A stretch of DNA of 64,000 bases from Patescibacteria group bacterium (GTDB lineage: Bacteria > Patescibacteriota > Dojkabacteria > J137). The DNA is taken from positions 197,508 to 261,507 of the forward strand of contig CAUJCN010000002.1 of the NCBI GenBank assembly GCA_963169855.1, read 5' to 3'. Positions within the stretch are counted from its first letter, which is position 1, and every line of letters begins with the position of its first letter. Position numbers and translations under genes: made by a program. The notes under the pieces were generated by a model that saw nothing but the letters and a program-made list of their open reading frames with translations, did not search any database and was not told the DNA's origin. This document shows positions 9,791 to 18,312 of this stretch, in pieces.

Positions 9791-10336
9791 TTATTTATAT
9801 GACTCTAGTAAATCATTAACGAGATCCATAATTTGGATTTCGTCTTCGACATTGATATCATATTCTACCCCTGTATTAGTAAAATCTTCAATAAAGTTTT
9901 TAACTTCCTCGGGTCTCCAATCATCAATTCTTTTAATCCTAATAGCTTTAACATTTCGAAGGATCAAGTGTTTGATATATGGATTTACTGAATCCGAAAA
10001 CATCGGTTTATATAGAAATAGAATTGGCTTATCGTGAAGTATTGCATAAGCGATTTCTATACTAGCACTAACTCCGATATATCCTATCTGATCAACGAAT
10101 TTGTTATGAACAACGTGAATAGGATTTCTCTTGATTGCTTTAAAGAAATCTATCTCTACTGAATGGAAGTTCTTTTCTTCTGTAGGAATAAAAGTGACAT
10201 CTATTCCGTTATGCTGACCGATAATTCCATCATTAAAAGGAAATTCAACAATAACTCCAGCAGACTCTAGTTTCTTTTTAAGTTCGAAAAGTCCATTTTC
10301 TAGCTTTGAAAATTTACCACCAAGTTGAGTTTTCAT
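9791..10336 (-). CDS. nucleoside 2-deoxyribosyltransferase-like (NDT/Rossmannoid) protein
   Basis: IGYIGVSASIEIAYAILHDKPILFL resembles the D-GTxFE(L/I)GyA...KP(V/I) core of NDT-like proteins; weak. Confidence 0.35.
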   Translation of the reverse strand: MKTQLGGKFSKLENGLFELKKKLESAGVIVEFPFNDGIIGQHNGIDVTFIPTEEKNFHSVEIDFFKAIKRNPIHVVHNKFVDQIGYIGVSASIEIAYAILHDKPILFLYKPMFSDSVNPYIKHLILRNVKAIRIKRIDDWRPEEVKNFIEDFTNTGVEYDINVEDEIQIMDLVNDLLESYK

Positions 10337-10345
10337 ATGAGAATA

Positions 10346-10975
10346 TTAAATATTACAAGAAATAAATTCTTTCCATTGACTAAACCACTGATCAACTGAT
10401 AATTTTGTAAAATCTACTTGAGTTTCTTCAATCTGATTAATTTTGTTGATGAATGAAATTGTATCTTCGGAATTGAGAACTTTTAAATTCTGAGCTAAGA
10501 AGAAATCTTCGATATCTTTTTCAGCTATAGTAGTTGAAGATTTCTCATCTACCGTCTTTTCAACTTCGACAAGGATTTCATCCATATGATGATACGAATC
10601 AATAGTTATGATGAGACCATTTAATTCATACTTTTTTCTAGTTACATACATTGATACAAAGTAGTTGAATCCTAGAGAAGTAAGCATGTTTACAATTTCT
10701 GAAATCTCATCATTCTGAAAATGAATTTCGTTCTCTTTTCTACCAGAACTATCATGCCAATTTCCTTTCTTCACTGTGAATAGGGACTCATTTTTAGTTG
10801 TTCTAATTTTAATATCAAGATCATTGTTAGGATCGGAAGTAAAATCAGAGTTTTGAACTTTTACTAAAGTATATCTTTTAACTTCACTTAATTTCTTACT
10901 ATTCGAATTTAAGTATATAAGAAGCTCATCGTTTTTGGCGTTTGATATCAAAGCACGTTTTTCAACTTCAATCAT
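10346..10975 (-). CDS. CYTH-like domain protein, paralog 2 (divergent)
   Basis: N-terminus MIEVEKRA and C-terminal TRKKYELNGLIITIDSYHHMDEILVEVE matching the R..Y...l.lD....G.f.EvE CYTH motif. Confidence 0.4.
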   Translation of the reverse strand: MIEVEKRALISNAKNDELLIYLNSNSKKLSEVKRYTLVKVQNSDFTSDPNNDLDIKIRTTKNESLFTVKKGNWHDSSGRKENEIHFQNDEISEIVNMLTSLGFNYFVSMYVTRKKYELNGLIITIDSYHHMDEILVEVEKTVDEKSSTTIAEKDIEDFFLAQNLKVLNSEDTISFINKINQIEETQVDFTKLSVDQWFSQWKEFISCNI

Positions 10976-10984
10976 AGTAATATA

Positions 10985-11623
10985 TTAATAAATATGATGT
11001 AACTCCGTATTAAGATTAAGTATTTCAGCAACAATTGAATCCGCTGCTCCAGCAGGATTCTCAATCGAGTTTTCGACTAAATGCTCATAACTAATGTGTT
11101 CCCTTAACTGCTCACTTGCAACATTTAATCTGTGCTCAATGACTGATTCATCTACATCGAATCCTCTATTTCTTGAAAGTATTCTTCTTCTAATTTCTTC
11201 CAATGCTAACTCTATCCCATCATCTTTTAGTAATATTTCATTAGATACAGGACTGATGAAGTATCTCCTTGATGAAATTCCTAGTTCTGATAATAATGCA
11301 TTAAGCTTTACTCCTGATAAAACATCTAGATCTAAAATAGCAGTCTTCCCATCTCGAATAATTTCTATTATATCTATTAACCTTGTACCATAATACCCAT
11401 GTTTGAAATTTGTAAACTCTCCAAACTCTTGTCGTACTAACATCTCTTCAAATTCAATCTGAGATACAAAATTGTATGTAACTCCATTAATCTCATTTTT
11501 CCCAATAGATCTGGATGTATATCGAATTACTTTTGTAACTTTAGAATCAGATTTTTTTATTATTTGGTCAAGTACAGTTCCTTTTCCAACTGTATTTGGT
11601 CCAGAAATTATTACTACATTCAT
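10985..11623 (-). CDS. guanylate kinase-like P-loop kinase
   Basis: P-loop ISGPNTVGKGT; TSRSIGKNEINGVTYNFVSQIEFEEM and FKHGYYGT align with GMK TTR...GE.DG.DY.FVS.EEFE and GN.YGT motifs. Confidence 0.6.
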   Translation of the reverse strand: MNVVIISGPNTVGKGTVLDQIIKKSDSKVTKVIRYTSRSIGKNEINGVTYNFVSQIEFEEMLVRQEFGEFTNFKHGYYGTRLIDIIEIIRDGKTAILDLDVLSGVKLNALLSELGISSRRYFISPVSNEILLKDDGIELALEEIRRRILSRNRGFDVDESVIEHRLNVASEQLREHISYEHLVENSIENPAGAADSIVAEILNLNTELHHIY

Positions 11624-11625
11624 AA

Positions 11626-12432
11626 CTAAAAGTTTTCAATAAATGAACACAATTGATTTGGTAAAGCAATTGTAACTTTTGCACTTGCAATAGAGTTTTG
11701 TTTTCTAGCTTCATCTCCACCCAATAGTTTTCTTGTTCTTTTAGAAGTTGCATCCCATAAACGTTCCATTGTTTTATCACTGTAACCCAGAGCTACATCA
11801 GCAAGATGAGCTTCTTCTTGATTATCGTTTAACCTATAAAATAGATGATCGCCCTTCAATTTAGTTCTAATTGCAAGTTCAAATACTGGAGCTTGCCGAG
11901 TTACTGGCATGTATTCCAGTGGGGCGAATGCTACCAACCAGGAAAGTACGTCCTCATCTCCGAGAGGCGTTCTTAAACCAATTGAAACTAAATCACCTAC
12001 AGGCTTTATATGTCCAACTCGGATATTTTTTAAACATACAAGAGAATTAACTATCCGAGAAACTTGTTCTGGAGTCGTTACATCTGGAAAAAGAAAACTA
12101 ATAACTTCGTTATGCGGATCAGCAATTGCTTGCGATATCATTTCGTCTAATTCAGCAAGAGTCTGATCCTCTAAGTTTCTTATAATTTTGCTTTCCCAGC
12201 CAATCTCTTCCTGCTTATATGCAATTGATTGAGCAAAGACACAACCATTTTGACCAGTGTGATGCCAATGTTGCTGTATCATTTTTACAGAGTGATCATT
12301 TTCCCAAACTTCATCTGGTGCTTTAGCGTATCCTTTCCCTAAGCAGTACTCCTCGTAATCGTTTCTCGTAGGAAAACTATCTTCCCCCACAATAAGAGAT
12401 TTAGAAATAACATGGTTTATATTATCTCTCAT
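11626..12432 (-). CDS. hypothetical protein (locally higher GC)
   Basis: 268-aa ORF in a locally GC-richer stretch; no recognised motif. Confidence 0.4.
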   Translation of the reverse strand: MRDNINHVISKSLIVGEDSFPTRNDYEEYCLGKGYAKAPDEVWENDHSVKMIQQHWHHTGQNGCVFAQSIAYKQEEIGWESKIIRNLEDQTLAELDEMISQAIADPHNEVISFLFPDVTTPEQVSRIVNSLVCLKNIRVGHIKPVGDLVSIGLRTPLGDEDVLSWLVAFAPLEYMPVTRQAPVFELAIRTKLKGDHLFYRLNDNQEEAHLADVALGYSDKTMERLWDATSKRTRKLLGGDEARKQNSIASAKVTIALPNQLCSFIENF

Positions 12433-12720
12433 AATATTATTAGTAATAATTAAGTAGCTTATGAATTAATGCCTTTTACAACTAAATTCTGTGCGAGTAC
12501 TTTTTTATTAAATGTCCTTTATTATGATTGCGAAAACTCGCCAATTCTCTTTCCCAGCAATACGATAGTGCCAATATTGATTGACATTTTTTGAAGACTA
12601 ATGTAGAATTATGATTGCAAGAAAAACACAGAGAACACTCTGATGTTAATCTTGGTACGAAGCTGATTGGTTTAGACCTCGAAATCAAAAACCAACCAGC
12701 TTTTTTTACATTGACTCTCC

Positions 12721-12778
12721 ATACACACATGTGTATAATTATACAGTTATGTGTAATACCATGTGTATAAATATTACT
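12721..12778. promoter_or_regulatory. candidate operator: 10-bp palindrome ACACATGTGT plus three direct ATGTGTA(T/A)TA repeats in divergent promoter region
   Basis: Read directly: atacacacatgtgtataattatacagttatgtgtaataccatgtgtataaatatt immediately upstream of 12780 (+) gene. Confidence 0.3.
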
Positions 12779-12779
12779 A

Positions 12780-13439
12780 TTGCAATTGATTTTATGTCAA
12801 GCAATTTTGTCAATTATATTAATCAAATACATTAATTTCATGAAAGTCTTCTTTAGTTGTTCAACAAACGATATCTTAAAACATAGAGAAAATTACGAAA
12901 CAATAGTAAAGACTATCTCAGAAGAAGGTCATGAATTAACAAGAGACTGGCTAAAACGTTCTGTTGACTTAGCTGCAAAGAATGAGCCTGAGTTAAATAG
13001 GGGTAATCACTACTCTTCAGTAATGTCGGCAATAATTGATGCAGACGTCGTTATTTTCGACAGTACTGTAAAAAGTATGAGCATAGGACATCAACTAACT
13101 TTTGCTCTAGACAAATCAAAACCTGCACTACTACTTGCAAATATATCTGATAAAGCGATGGAAGATCTGTTTATCAGCGGTTCGAAATCCTCTTTCCTTA
13201 CAATGAAAAACTACGCAAATGCAAAGGATCTTAAAGCATTAGTCAAAGACTTTTTAACAAAGAGTTCCTCAAAATCAAAAGTCCGATTTCAAATAGTATT
13301 GGACAAGGAACAGAATGACTACCTTGAATGGGCAGCATTTAAATACAAGAAGAACAAAAGTGATATTGTAAAAGTATCTTTGAATAATTCCGCCGAACAA
13401 GACGAAGATTACAACCAAAGACTATCCAATCAACCCTAG
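12780..13439 (+). CDS. DNPH1/Rcl-like (2'-deoxynucleoside 5'-phosphate N-hydrolase-like) NDT-superfamily protein, catalytic-Glu position is Gln
   Basis: MKVFFSCSTND...AIIDADVVIFDSTVKSMSIGHQLTFALDKSKPALLLA parallels DNPH1 YFCGSIRGG...ADVVVAEVTQPSLGVGYELGRA...KRILCLF; Q replaces E in the G(Y/H)(E/Q)LG element; the first Met of the ORF is probably not the true start (MKVFF internal start plausible). Confidence 0.5.
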   Translation: MQLILCQAILSIILIKYINFMKVFFSCSTNDILKHRENYETIVKTISEEGHELTRDWLKRSVDLAAKNEPELNRGNHYSSVMSAIIDADVVIFDSTVKSMSIGHQLTFALDKSKPALLLANISDKAMEDLFISGSKSSFLTMKNYANAKDLKALVKDFLTKSSSKSKVRFQIVLDKEQNDYLEWAAFKYKKNKSDIVKVSLNNSAEQDEDYNQRLSNQP

Positions 13440-14030
13440 ATCAATTTCACTCATTGGAATTGGAGGATTTTCCTTGAATACATTAAGCATGATTTCTTTA
13501 TATTCACTCTCGGTATAAGCCTGTAGATTATGTTGTGATAAAAAGTCTTCAATTAATTTTTCTGCATCATCTTCTTGGTCTTTATCTTCCAGTTCAATAT
13601 CGATTTCAAAATGATCTGGTGCTAAACCGCCTTCTTTTAAAGTAATGTTCAGTCCATTGTACGAGTAATCTTCTCTATGATAAAAACGAGGACACCCTTC
13701 AGTTATTTGAAATATTGAGAGGAATTTAAATACTTCATCAAGATCTGATTTAGTAAAATCCATACTACTTTCAATACGTTTTCCAGATTCCATTCTTCCA
13801 GTTTTACTTTTCAGTTTGCATTTAATAGTATGATTAATTTTATCTTTTGAAATTGATACATTTATGGAAGCTTTTGTATTCTCTATATCACCTAAGAATG
13901 GATTGTTGAACTCGATAAAAATATTTAATTGATTACAATCATTTACCAAAGTTGCATTCTTCTGCAAAAAGTTCCTTAGTTTTAGCTTGTTTTGAGGATC
14001 TAACCTGCCTCTTTTTTCAATTTCGATCAT
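13422..14030 (-). CDS. CYTH-like domain protein, paralog 3
   Basis: MIEIEKRG N-terminus; EGCPRFYHREDYSYNGLNITLKEGGLAPDHFEIDIELED closely parallels paralog 1. Confidence 0.45.
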   Translation of the reverse strand: MIEIEKRGRLDPQNKLKLRNFLQKNATLVNDCNQLNIFIEFNNPFLGDIENTKASINVSISKDKINHTIKCKLKSKTGRMESGKRIESSMDFTKSDLDEVFKFLSIFQITEGCPRFYHREDYSYNGLNITLKEGGLAPDHFEIDIELEDKDQEDDAEKLIEDFLSQHNLQAYTESEYKEIMLNVFKENPPIPMSEIDLGLIG

Positions 14031-14035
14031 AGGGC

Positions 14036-15004
14036 TTAACCTTGTAAGTAGGATTCTTCTGAAATATGCACAATTTTACTATCCATAAATTTATCTGCAA
14101 TCTTTTTTGAGAAACCATGTCCCATCCAAATTGTCGGTTTACATTCGATTTTAGTTCTGATTAGTTTCCCTGAATTCATTGTATCAGTACCTTCGATAGA
14201 TTTTCTTGTAACATAGTTTCCATCGAAATAGATTGGCAAAAAAGGAACCGTAGCAAAGGTATAAAATGAGGATCCTTTAAAGATTGAACCATAAAATAAA
14301 ATATTTGGATTGACCGCTGATATTATTCCTGTGTAAGTTTCTTTAAACTTCTGCACAATGAACTGCGCGCCTAAACTAAATAATAATGACATCGCGTTCA
14401 CAGGCGCACCATTAATATTGTATGCTCGAGTTAAAACTAGCATTTTTTCCATTTCTACATCAAAGGGAAGTGCTTTCTGCAAATAAATTCTATCTAATTT
14501 TGAGTAAGCAGAATATGCGAATGGAAATTGCTCACCTTTTCTAAAAAGTCCCAGATGTATAAGAGTATCTTCTCGTCTTTTACCAATATAGTGAAGGTTC
14601 TCTTGAATTGCAAAACCAATCTCGGGATCTACTTCTTTAAATTCAATTTCTAGTTCTTTACCCTGTATGTCAACTTCGATTATCTTTCCATGATTATGTT
14701 TAACTTTTGATAACTTATCGGTAGAGCTTGTTACTAAATGCTTTAAACCTTTAGGCAAACTATTGATTTTCTTTCCTAATATAAGAGCCAACCTTTTCGC
14801 CTCAAGATAAGGTGTCTGAAATTCCACATTTCCATCAGTATAGATTTCTTCAAGTGAAAATTTAGGGATGTGCAATGCAAGAGCAGTTTTTAGATAACCT
14901 GCTGGAATACTGTGCTTTTTTTCTAGATCGATAATTCTATCCCTCAGCACATCTGTAATTTCTTTTACAATCAGATTGGGACTAAAGATATCTTCTGTTG
15001 ACAT
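14036..15004 (-). CDS. hypothetical protein
   Basis: 322-aa ORF, no recognised motif; 5 nt upstream of CYTH paralog 3. Confidence 0.4.
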   Translation of the reverse strand: MSTEDIFSPNLIVKEITDVLRDRIIDLEKKHSIPAGYLKTALALHIPKFSLEEIYTDGNVEFQTPYLEAKRLALILGKKINSLPKGLKHLVTSSTDKLSKVKHNHGKIIEVDIQGKELEIEFKEVDPEIGFAIQENLHYIGKRREDTLIHLGLFRKGEQFPFAYSAYSKLDRIYLQKALPFDVEMEKMLVLTRAYNINGAPVNAMSLLFSLGAQFIVQKFKETYTGIISAVNPNILFYGSIFKGSSFYTFATVPFLPIYFDGNYVTRKSIEGTDTMNSGKLIRTKIECKPTIWMGHGFSKKIADKFMDSKIVHISEESYLQG

Positions 15005-15046
15005 TAGCTCGTGTTATACACGGGAAGTATATCATTAATGGACTAA

Positions 15047-15080
15047 AGCAAAAAGCCCTGTCATCCGACTGGGCTTTTTG
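15047..15080 (-). terminator. Rho-independent terminator downstream of tRNA
   Basis: Hairpin AAAAGCCC-loop-GGGCUUUUU followed by U-rich tract on the minus strand. Confidence 0.4.
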
Positions 15081-15081
15081 T

Positions 15082-15153
15082 ATGACCTCACGGAGAATCG
15101 AACTCCGATTAGCAGATTGAGAATCTGCTGTCCTAACCGTTAGACGATGAGGC
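15082..15153 (-). tRNA. tRNA-Glu (anticodon CUC)
   Basis: Minus-strand cloverleaf GGCCTCA/TGAGGTC acceptor, T-arm CGGAG-TTCGATT-CTCCG, anticodon stem GCAGA/TCTGC with loop TTCTCAA; CCA not encoded. Confidence 0.7.
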
Positions 15154-15261
15154 CAATTGCAGCCTTCGACTGAAAATTCAAACAAATGAAAGATCCAAGT
15201 TCGAGATTTCAGTTCCATGGCTCGCAATTATATCACGTAGTAATTAAGCTTTGTGTATAAC

Positions 15262-15286
15262 AAAAAACTCCCTTTCGGGAGTTTTC
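15262..15286 (-). terminator. Rho-independent terminator downstream of nusA
   Basis: AAACTCCC-TTTC-GGGAGTTT hairpin followed by T-run on the minus strand, 20 nt after the nusA stop. Confidence 0.5.
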
Positions 15287-15306
15287 AAAATTCAACTTAA
15301 ATTCAA

Positions 15307-16443
15307 TTATTCTACAGCACCCTCTGCTACTACAGTTGGCTCTTCAGCTACAACTTCTGCTTCTGGTTTAGCTCTTCCAGCTGCTTCTGATTCTCCTTTA
15401 ATTTCAATTGACCATCCAGTCAATTTGCTTGCCAATCTTACGTTCTGGCCATCTCTTCCGATTGCCAATGATTCTTTAGTATCTGGAACAACTATAATAG
15501 CTTGCTTTTCTTCTTCGCTTACAATCTTCACTTCGATAGCTTCTGCAGGACTAATAGAGTTCATTAAGAATTTCTCTCTGTCTTCTGCCCATGGAATAAT
15601 GTCAATTTTTTCTTCGAATGCTCCAGCTTTTAGTTCATTAGAAATTGCATTAATTCTAATTCCCTTTTGTCCAACGCATGATCCAATTGGGTCAACACCT
15701 TGTGCCAATGATCTAACAGCTACTTTTGATCTTGATCCAGGTTCTCTTGCAATGCTTACAATTTCAACTGTTCCAGATTCAATTTCAGGAACTTCCATCT
15801 TGAATAATCCGTGTAAGAATTCAGGATCAGCTCTAGAAACTAATAAGTATTTGTTTCCACTTTCTTCCTCTATAATTTCTTTTAACAATACTTTGATATT
15901 GCTTCCTAATTTGTAGAATTCTCCGTTAATCTTCTCTTCCTTAGGCATTACTGCTTTAGCTCTATTGATTTCGCAGATAACATCTCCAGTTTGTGTAACT
16001 TTCTGAACGAATACAGTAACAACTTCTCCAACCTTGTCCTGAACTTGTCTGATTGCTGCATCTTTCTCAGCTTCTCTTAATCTCTGAACAATGATCTGTC
16101 TTGCTGTTTGAGCTGCAATTCTTCCGAAGTCTCCTTTTGGAGTAATATCAACTAATACAAAATCTCCTAGTTTTAATGATTTATCTGTCTTCTTAGCAGC
16201 TTCTAAACTGATCTCGATACTTTCATCCTCTACAGTAGCCACCACTTCTTTTTCAGCAAAAACCTGAATATTTCCTTCTTCTGGGTTGATTTCAACTTTT
16301 AATCTATCTTGATCTCCAAAACCGTATTCTGCTTTATATGTAGAAGCTACAGCTTCTTTCACTGCATTAATGATCTCATCGGCATCTATCTTTCTTTCAG
16401 CTGCAATTTGTCTAATTGCTGATATAAAATCTGATTGTGACAT
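15307..16443 (-). CDS. nusA: transcription termination/antitermination factor NusA
   Basis: 378 aa; N-terminal NusA domain, S1 (GDVICEINRAKAVMPKEE...) and KH regions (RIAAQTARQIIVQRLREAEKD). Confidence 0.85.
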   Translation of the reverse strand: MSQSDFISAIRQIAAERKIDADEIINAVKEAVASTYKAEYGFGDQDRLKVEINPEEGNIQVFAEKEVVATVEDESIEISLEAAKKTDKSLKLGDFVLVDITPKGDFGRIAAQTARQIIVQRLREAEKDAAIRQVQDKVGEVVTVFVQKVTQTGDVICEINRAKAVMPKEEKINGEFYKLGSNIKVLLKEIIEEESGNKYLLVSRADPEFLHGLFKMEVPEIESGTVEIVSIAREPGSRSKVAVRSLAQGVDPIGSCVGQKGIRINAISNELKAGAFEEKIDIIPWAEDREKFLMNSISPAEAIEVKIVSEEEKQAIIVVPDTKESLAIGRDGQNVRLASKLTGWSIEIKGESEAAGRAKPEAEVVAEEPTVVAEGAVE

Positions 16444-16553
16444 AAGTGTTTTCTAAAACTTAAACATCGAATTATATCACAAGGGATTGGCTATTTCTAA
16501 TTGTATAAGCTAAAATAAAATAGCAACCGGAGACTTCCGGAACCCAAATTTTT

Positions 16554-17006
16554 ATGAATATAGAAGAAGATAATTTTGAACTCCAAAATGTTGTATTGCC
16601 TGGTCAAATGGGTTTTGATTTTGGAAATCGAAGAACTATCAATAAGCTAATAGGGCAAATCGAATATTTCCCAATTTCTAGAACTTTTGCCTTTATCTTA
16701 GCAGTAGTCTCTTCTATCCTAACAAATTTAGGTATTTTCGCCTATTTGTTGTTCAAAATTGGAGAGTTACCAGAGAAAATGCCATTGATCTACAACTATA
16801 TCGAGAAAATCTGGGTCCAGATTGACAAATTCTTACTAGTTATTGTGCCGTTTATAGTTCTAGCAATTGAGATTTCGGTGATTTTTTATTGTATACGAGT
16901 CAGTTTCATAGATAGAAGGTTATCTATTATAGCTTTGGGAATAGTATCATTATTCAATATTTTGATAATAATCAGTGCTATTCAAATTTTTAGCCTTGTT
17001 TCCTAA
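16554..17006 (+). CDS. integral membrane protein
   Basis: 150 aa with several hydrophobic helices; shares stop/start junction with downstream GT4 gene. Confidence 0.4.
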   Translation: MNIEEDNFELQNVVLPGQMGFDFGNRRTINKLIGQIEYFPISRTFAFILAVVSSILTNLGIFAYLLFKIGELPEKMPLIYNYIEKIWVQIDKFLLVIVPFIVLAIEISVIFYCIRVSFIDRRLSIIALGIVSLFNILIIISAIQIFSLVS

Positions 17007-18268
17007 TGAACGAAATCCTAATTCAAAACTTATCCAACTTGCTTTTTCTTACTCTAGTAGCTTTTTTGATTACATTCTTTGTTACACCGTTAGTTGGGAG
17101 ATTAGCTAAATTTGTTGGTGCAATAGATCTACCTGCTTCACTCAGAAATCGAACAGAAAGAGGTCTTACATCCAGAGTCCACTCATATCCTTACCCCAAA
17201 TTAGGTGGACTAGCTATGGTTATTTCCATGTCTATATTGCTTTTGTTCTTTGTTTTAAGGTCTTCGAACTACTCATCTTTATCAAATTATCTTGGAGTTT
17301 TCATAGGGCTGGGAATTATTATCCTTCTTGGTTTTATGGACGATATTTTTGAGATATCGGCAGCGGCTCAGCTTGGACTTCAGTTCCTTGCTGCCTTTTG
17401 TGTAGTTATTTCAGGAATTTCTATTAATTCGATATCATTGTTTGGCTTCCAGATTGATTTCCAATGGTTCAATGTGATGATTCAGGCAGGTGATTTTAGC
17501 TTTAGTTTAATTTTCCCCGCGGCTATCCTTACGGTTCTTTGGATAGTTGGACTTATAAATGTCATTAACTGGGTTGGTGGCGTTGATGCTTTAAACGCAA
17601 CTGTTACTAGTATCGCATTAATAACATTGTTGATTTTAGTTACTTCAGCAAACAACTTACCTTTAGCAGCTTTAATTTCTGTTCATTTAGGTTCTGTGTT
17701 GGGAGTTTTACCTTTCAATTATAATCCTGGGAAAATCATGTATGGTTCGATTGGAGACTATTTGAACGGCTATCTACTGTCAATTTTCGCAATACTTGGA
17801 GGTGCCAGGTGGTCTGCAACACTGCTTATCTTGGCTTTACCTATAATGGATGGACTTTATGTTGTTTACACAAGACTGAGGGATCACCCTGAATTAAGAA
17901 GCAAGCCTTGGAAAATTTTTGGAGTCAGCGGTTACAACCATTTTCATCATAGACTCTTGGCGAGCGGATATTCAAAGAAACTTGTAGTGCTGATCGAGGG
18001 AGCAATTATGGCAGTTGTAGCTGCAGTTATATTATTATTCAGTGATTTGAAATTTGAGTATGTAGCTTTGATTATAGTTGGTGTAATTATGCTTGCAGTG
18101 TTTGCTCTTTCTTCTTACCAAAAGAAACGCGCTGAACTTCAAAATAGAGTAAAACTTGCTTCTAATCTAGTAGACGAAGAACAAAAGGCAGGGAAAAAGA
18201 AAGGTGACGTTGTTGTAAATACAATCTACAAAGACAAAGATGCTGACCAAGAAAAGTTTATATACTAA
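17006..18268 (+). CDS. glycosyltransferase family 4 (MraY/WecA superfamily) polyprenyl-phosphate sugar-1-phosphate transferase, WecA/TagO-like
   Basis: LGFMDDIFEIS (DD motif), NVINWVGGVDALNA (N.IN..DG.DGL motif) and HFHHRLL (WecA-type IHHRL rather than MraY HHHFEL). Confidence 0.7.
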   Translation: MNEILIQNLSNLLFLTLVAFLITFFVTPLVGRLAKFVGAIDLPASLRNRTERGLTSRVHSYPYPKLGGLAMVISMSILLLFFVLRSSNYSSLSNYLGVFIGLGIIILLGFMDDIFEISAAAQLGLQFLAAFCVVISGISINSISLFGFQIDFQWFNVMIQAGDFSFSLIFPAAILTVLWIVGLINVINWVGGVDALNATVTSIALITLLILVTSANNLPLAALISVHLGSVLGVLPFNYNPGKIMYGSIGDYLNGYLLSIFAILGGARWSATLLILALPIMDGLYVVYTRLRDHPELRSKPWKIFGVSGYNHFHHRLLASGYSKKLVVLIEGAIMAVVAAVILLFSDLKFEYVALIIVGVIMLAVFALSSYQKKRAELQNRVKLASNLVDEEQKAGKKKGDVVVNTIYKDKDADQEKFIY

Positions 18269-18312
18269 AAAAGAGCTTCTTTCGAAACTCCTTTTCTGCG
18301 TTTGAGTATCTC

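Noticed and set aside
12482-12730. 82-aa ORF in the divergent intergenic region
   Set aside because: Odd Cys/Ser-rich composition, no ribosome-binding context, and it sits in a promoter region between divergent genes, so it is likely spurious. The spacer itself is noted as potentially regulatory.
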